Shown: positions 61,144 to 64,000 of the stretch, piece by piece
How positions within the stretch are numbered: position 1 is the stretch's first letter
Layout of the letters: the number at the start of each line of letters is the position of its first letter
Origin: an uncultured Spirochaetota bacterium
GTDB taxonomy: Bacteria > Spirochaetota > Spirochaetia > SZUA-6 > Fen-1364
Reading direction: 5' to 3'
Assembly: GCA_963845535.1 (NCBI GenBank)
Contig: CAWJSK010000019.1
Coordinates: 320,001-384,000, forward strand
DNA length: 64,000 nt
Program-made: the position numbers and the translations under genes
The notes under the pieces: model-generated
What the model was told of the DNA's origin: nothing
The model's input: the letters and a program-made list of their open reading frames with translations, nothing else
Database searches by the model: none

Positions 61144-64000
61144 ATGCAGCTTTTCTCTATTGGTAATTTTATTACCTTTTTTGCTGTCCTTCTTATCCTG
61201 GTCATCCTTCGAGCGCTCGACCGCAATAACAGATCACTGGAAAAACTCAAAAGGTTCAGCGACAAGATCGGGGCGAATATCTCCGCGTTGGCTGAGGAGA
61301 AAACCGCCCAGATCCAGGAGCTCACCGTCGGACTCCAGGGAAGCATTGTTGCCGGCAAGGAGCTCGTGGGTCGGGCGCATGCCGCTGAGGAAGCGCTCCA
61401 CGCCAGGGTGAAAGGCGTCGAGGAAGCATTCCAGGTCAAGGCGAAGAGTGTCGAAGAGACGTTCCAAGCCAGGGCCAGGAGCGTGGAGGAGACCGTTCAG
61501 GCCCGGGCCAGGAAAGCTGAAGAGGGCTTGCAGGCCACGGTAAAGAGCGCGGAGGCAGGATTGCAAGCCAGGGCCCGGTCGGTGGAGGAAGCGCTCCAGG
61601 CCAGGGCTGCAGACCTCGAAGGGATCCGTAAGCGGCTCCTGGACTATGAGAAGGGCTTCAGCGAGATTGCTTCCGTTTCGACCCGGCTCGACCAGGCCGT
61701 GAAGAGGGTGCGGCAGGAGGCGGAAGTAGCGGACTCCGTCGGAAAAAGGATCGTTGATGCCGCCGCGCGAATGGAGAAGATTGAGAAAAAGCTCCCAGAA
61801 ATCGAGGCGGCGTCCGGCGCGCGAGCCCGGCAGGCTCTCGAGGCTGCCCGGGCGGACGTGTTGTCCGGGGCGGAAGCGAAGGTCGGGACCCTGGCCGCCG
61901 GCGTCACCGCCTCGGAAAAGAGACTGAAGGATTTCTCTGCATACATCGCGCGCCTGGAGGCGCGGGAAGAACAGGCGGAGAAGGAAAGGGCCGCGTACCT
62001 TTCAAAGTCCCTGGAGGCTTTCGAGGCGGACCTGAATGGCCGGCTTCTTCGCGCGCGCGAGCGTGGGGAGACGCTGGACGAAGAGGTTTTTGGCCGCCTG
62101 AGCGCCAGGATAAAAGAGGACGAAACCGCTTTTGCCCGCAGCGTGCAAGCCATCGAGATGCGGCTCGCCGACTACCAGGGGGACGTGGATTACCGGGTAA
62201 AGGCGCTGGAGGAGTCGAGCAATCTGGACGCGCTGCGCGCGTCCCTTGATGAGAGCATCGTGAAGATGGCGGCGGGCGTGCGGACTGAGATGAAGGAGAT
62301 GGCCGCGGGGCTCGTTGCCGGCTGGCAGGGTGAGATTGCGGCAGCCACCACGGCGCGGGAAAAGCTGCACGCGGGTCTTGATGAAGTCCATGCCGGACTG
62401 GAAGAGCTGAAAACCAAAGCATACCAGGACGTCGAAAAGGGCCTGTCCGTCTTCGAGGACGAGTTCTTTGCTGACTTGCGCCAGAGGGCCGCGCAGGCGT
62501 TGGACAGGGTGGAAGGCTTCGAGGGGGACCTGAAAGGGCGCATCGCTGCATCGGATGAGTCGGTGCAGGGCCTGCGGCAGCGGATATCGGTATTTGAAAA
62601 AGATCTGAACGGCATGGTCGCCCGCGCCGTCCAGACCATCGAGACGCGCCTGGCGGATTACCAGGGAGACGTGGAGAGCCGCATCAAGAGCCTCGAAGAG
62701 ACGAAGGGCGACATCGAGGCTGCTCGCGCCTCCATCAGCCGGGAGATCGAGAAAACCATGGCCCAGGCGCGCGCTACGTCGGACGAATCGGCGCAGGGCT
62801 TGCGGGAGCGGATGTCGGCCTTTGAGACCGATCTTAGCGGCATGGCTTCCCGCGCCGTCCAAGCCGTTGAGACTCGCCTGGCGGACTACCAGGGAGACGT
62901 GGAGAGCCGCATCAAGAGCCTCGAAGGGGCGAAGGGCGACATCGAAGCGGCCCGCGTCTCGATCAGCCAGGAGATCGAGAAATCCACGGCCCAGGCGCGC
63001 GCGCAAATCACGGAGATGGCCACCGGCCTGGAGAACGAGTTTGGCGCGGACTTGCGCCAGCGGGCGGCGCAGTCGCTGGACAGGCACCAGGCCTGGCAGG
63101 CGGACCTCGAGAAGAGGATGGGAGACTTCGAATCGGAGCTGAAGTCGCGGCTTTCTTCTTCGGATGAGTCGGTGCAGGGCTTGCGTGATGCGCTTCGGGT
63201 GGAAGTGGAGAAAACGCGAAAAGACGCTTCCCTGTCCATCGAGAAGGAAACCCAGTCCCTGCGCGAATCGTTGGACGCTTCGGTTCGCAAGAGCCAGCGC
63301 GAGATAGAGACGAAGCTGCGGGAGCTTTCGGCGGAGCTGGAGGGAGGCCGCAAGGAGCTGGGGGACGTGCTGGATGCCTCTCGGGCAGAGGTGGTTGCGT
63401 GGGAGGGCCGGGCGCGGCAGCAGCTTTCGGAGACGGAAGTCTCCGTGGCGGAGAAGATTTCCCGGCTCGCCTCGGAGGCGGAGTCCTCCATTGGTGTGGT
63501 GCGGGAGGAGTTCGCGTCCCAGAGGGAAGAGACGCTTGCAACCTTTACGCAGGAGAGAGCAGCGTTCAAGACCGAGCTGAAGGAAATAGGAGACCGGATT
63601 TCTTCTTTCGAGGCAGAGTTGAAGCGGTCTTCGGAGTCGGCGCTGGGGACCATCCGGACCCAGATGGAAAAAGCCGGCAAGGGGACCTCGGCGGCCCTGG
63701 AGAAGGAGCTCGCCGGACTGAAAGAAGCGTTGGAGTCCCGGGCAGGGGCAATGCATGGAGAGATCGATGCGCGGATGAGGGAACTTGCCGCGCAGCTCGA
63801 ATCCGGCCGAAAGGACGCAGCCGCCCAGGCGGAGTCCGCTCTGGGCGCCATTGCGAGCAGCTTCGCATCCCAGCGGGATGACCTGGTAGCGACCTCCGGC
63901 GCGGAGCGGGAATCTCTCAAGAAGCAGATTGCAGAAATGGCGGAGAGGATCGGCTCCTTCGACGCAGAGCTGTCCCGGACAACGGATTCCACCATGGAAG
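61144..64000 (+). CDS. Large membrane-anchored coiled-coil protein (SpiroCoCo-like), truncated by window end
   Basis: MQLFSIGNFITFFAVLLILVILRALDRNNRSLEKLKRF: N-terminal TM followed by an E/A/R/L-rich helical sequence; same frame at the window edge; GGAGG RBS. Confidence 0.8.
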   Translation, partial: MQLFSIGNFITFFAVLLILVILRALDRNNRSLEKLKRFSDKIGANISALAEEKTAQIQELTVGLQGSIVAGKELVGRAHAAEEALHARVKGVEEAFQVKAKSVEETFQARARSVEETVQARARKAEEGLQATVKSAEAGLQARARSVEEALQARAADLEGIRKRLLDYEKGFSEIASVSTRLDQAVKRVRQEAEVADSVGKRIVDAAARMEKIEKKLPEIEAASGARARQALEAARADVLSGAEAKVGTLAAGVTASEKRLKDFSAYIARLEAREEQAEKERAAYLSKSLEAFEADLNGRLLRARERGETLDEEVFGRLSARIKEDETAFARSVQAIEMRLADYQGDVDYRVKALEESSNLDALRASLDESIVKMAAGVRTEMKEMAAGLVAGWQGEIAAATTAREKLHAGLDEVHAGLEELKTKAYQDVEKGLSVFEDEFFADLRQRAAQALDRVEGFEGDLKGRIAASDESVQGLRQRISVFEKDLNGMVARAVQTIETRLADYQGDVESRIKSLEETKGDIEAARASISREIEKTMAQARATSDESAQGLRERMSAFETDLSGMASRAVQAVETRLADYQGDVESRIKSLEGAKGDIEAARVSISQEIEKSTAQARAQITEMATGLENEFGADLRQRAAQSLDRHQAWQADLEKRMGDFESELKSRLSSSDESVQGLRDALRVEVEKTRKDASLSIEKETQSLRESLDASVRKSQREIETKLRELSAELEGGRKELGDVLDASRAEVVAWEGRARQQLSETEVSVAEKISRLASEAESSIGVVREEFASQREETLATFTQERAAFKTELKEIGDRISSFEAELKRSSESALGTIRTQMEKAGKGTSAALEKELAGLKEALESRAGAMHGEIDARMRELAAQLESGRKDAAAQAESALGAIASSFASQRDDLVATSGAERESLKKQIAEMAERIGSFDAELSRTTDSTME

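Overview
GC-rich bacterial chromosome segment, most likely a spirochaete (Spirochaetia). Support: RpoB 'RRLNALG' rifampicin-site variant, L1 lacking the DPRKADQ loop, secY directly followed by rpmJ, and a SpiroCoCo-like coiled-coil protein. Left part (1-17 kb): ligA (truncated by the window), an RlpA/SPOR protein, a LoaP-like NusG paralogue with a PglF-type dehydratase and a DegT aminotransferase, a DUF4432 epimerase-like gene, and the run dnaE-hom-PHP-yggT-recG-rsmD. Centre (17-47 kb): an uninterrupted core super-operon, tRNA-Thr-rpmG-tRNA-Trp-secE-nusG-rplKAJL-rpoBC-rpsLG-fusA-tuf-S10-spc-alpha. nusG and rpsE each carry a single-base deletion, probably a sequencing error. Right part (47-64 kb): a large membrane protein with about 19 copies of AEAVEE, rny-ymdB-tlyA, a GerMN protein, ptsI, der, an apparent MerR-UDP-sugar pyrophosphorylase fusion, a secreted CHAP/NlpC-like hypothetical protein, and the start of a long coiled-coil protein. 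I found no mobile elements, CRISPR arrays or defence systems, and no clearly new multi-gene system. The best leads are non-coding (an L1-type rplK leader with a 92-nt structured insertion, a structured region upstream of rpsL, 11-bp repeat arrays abutting -35 boxes, sigma28-like motifs, leaderless genes) and three unusual proteins. All assignments come from motif recognition by eye; no searches were run.
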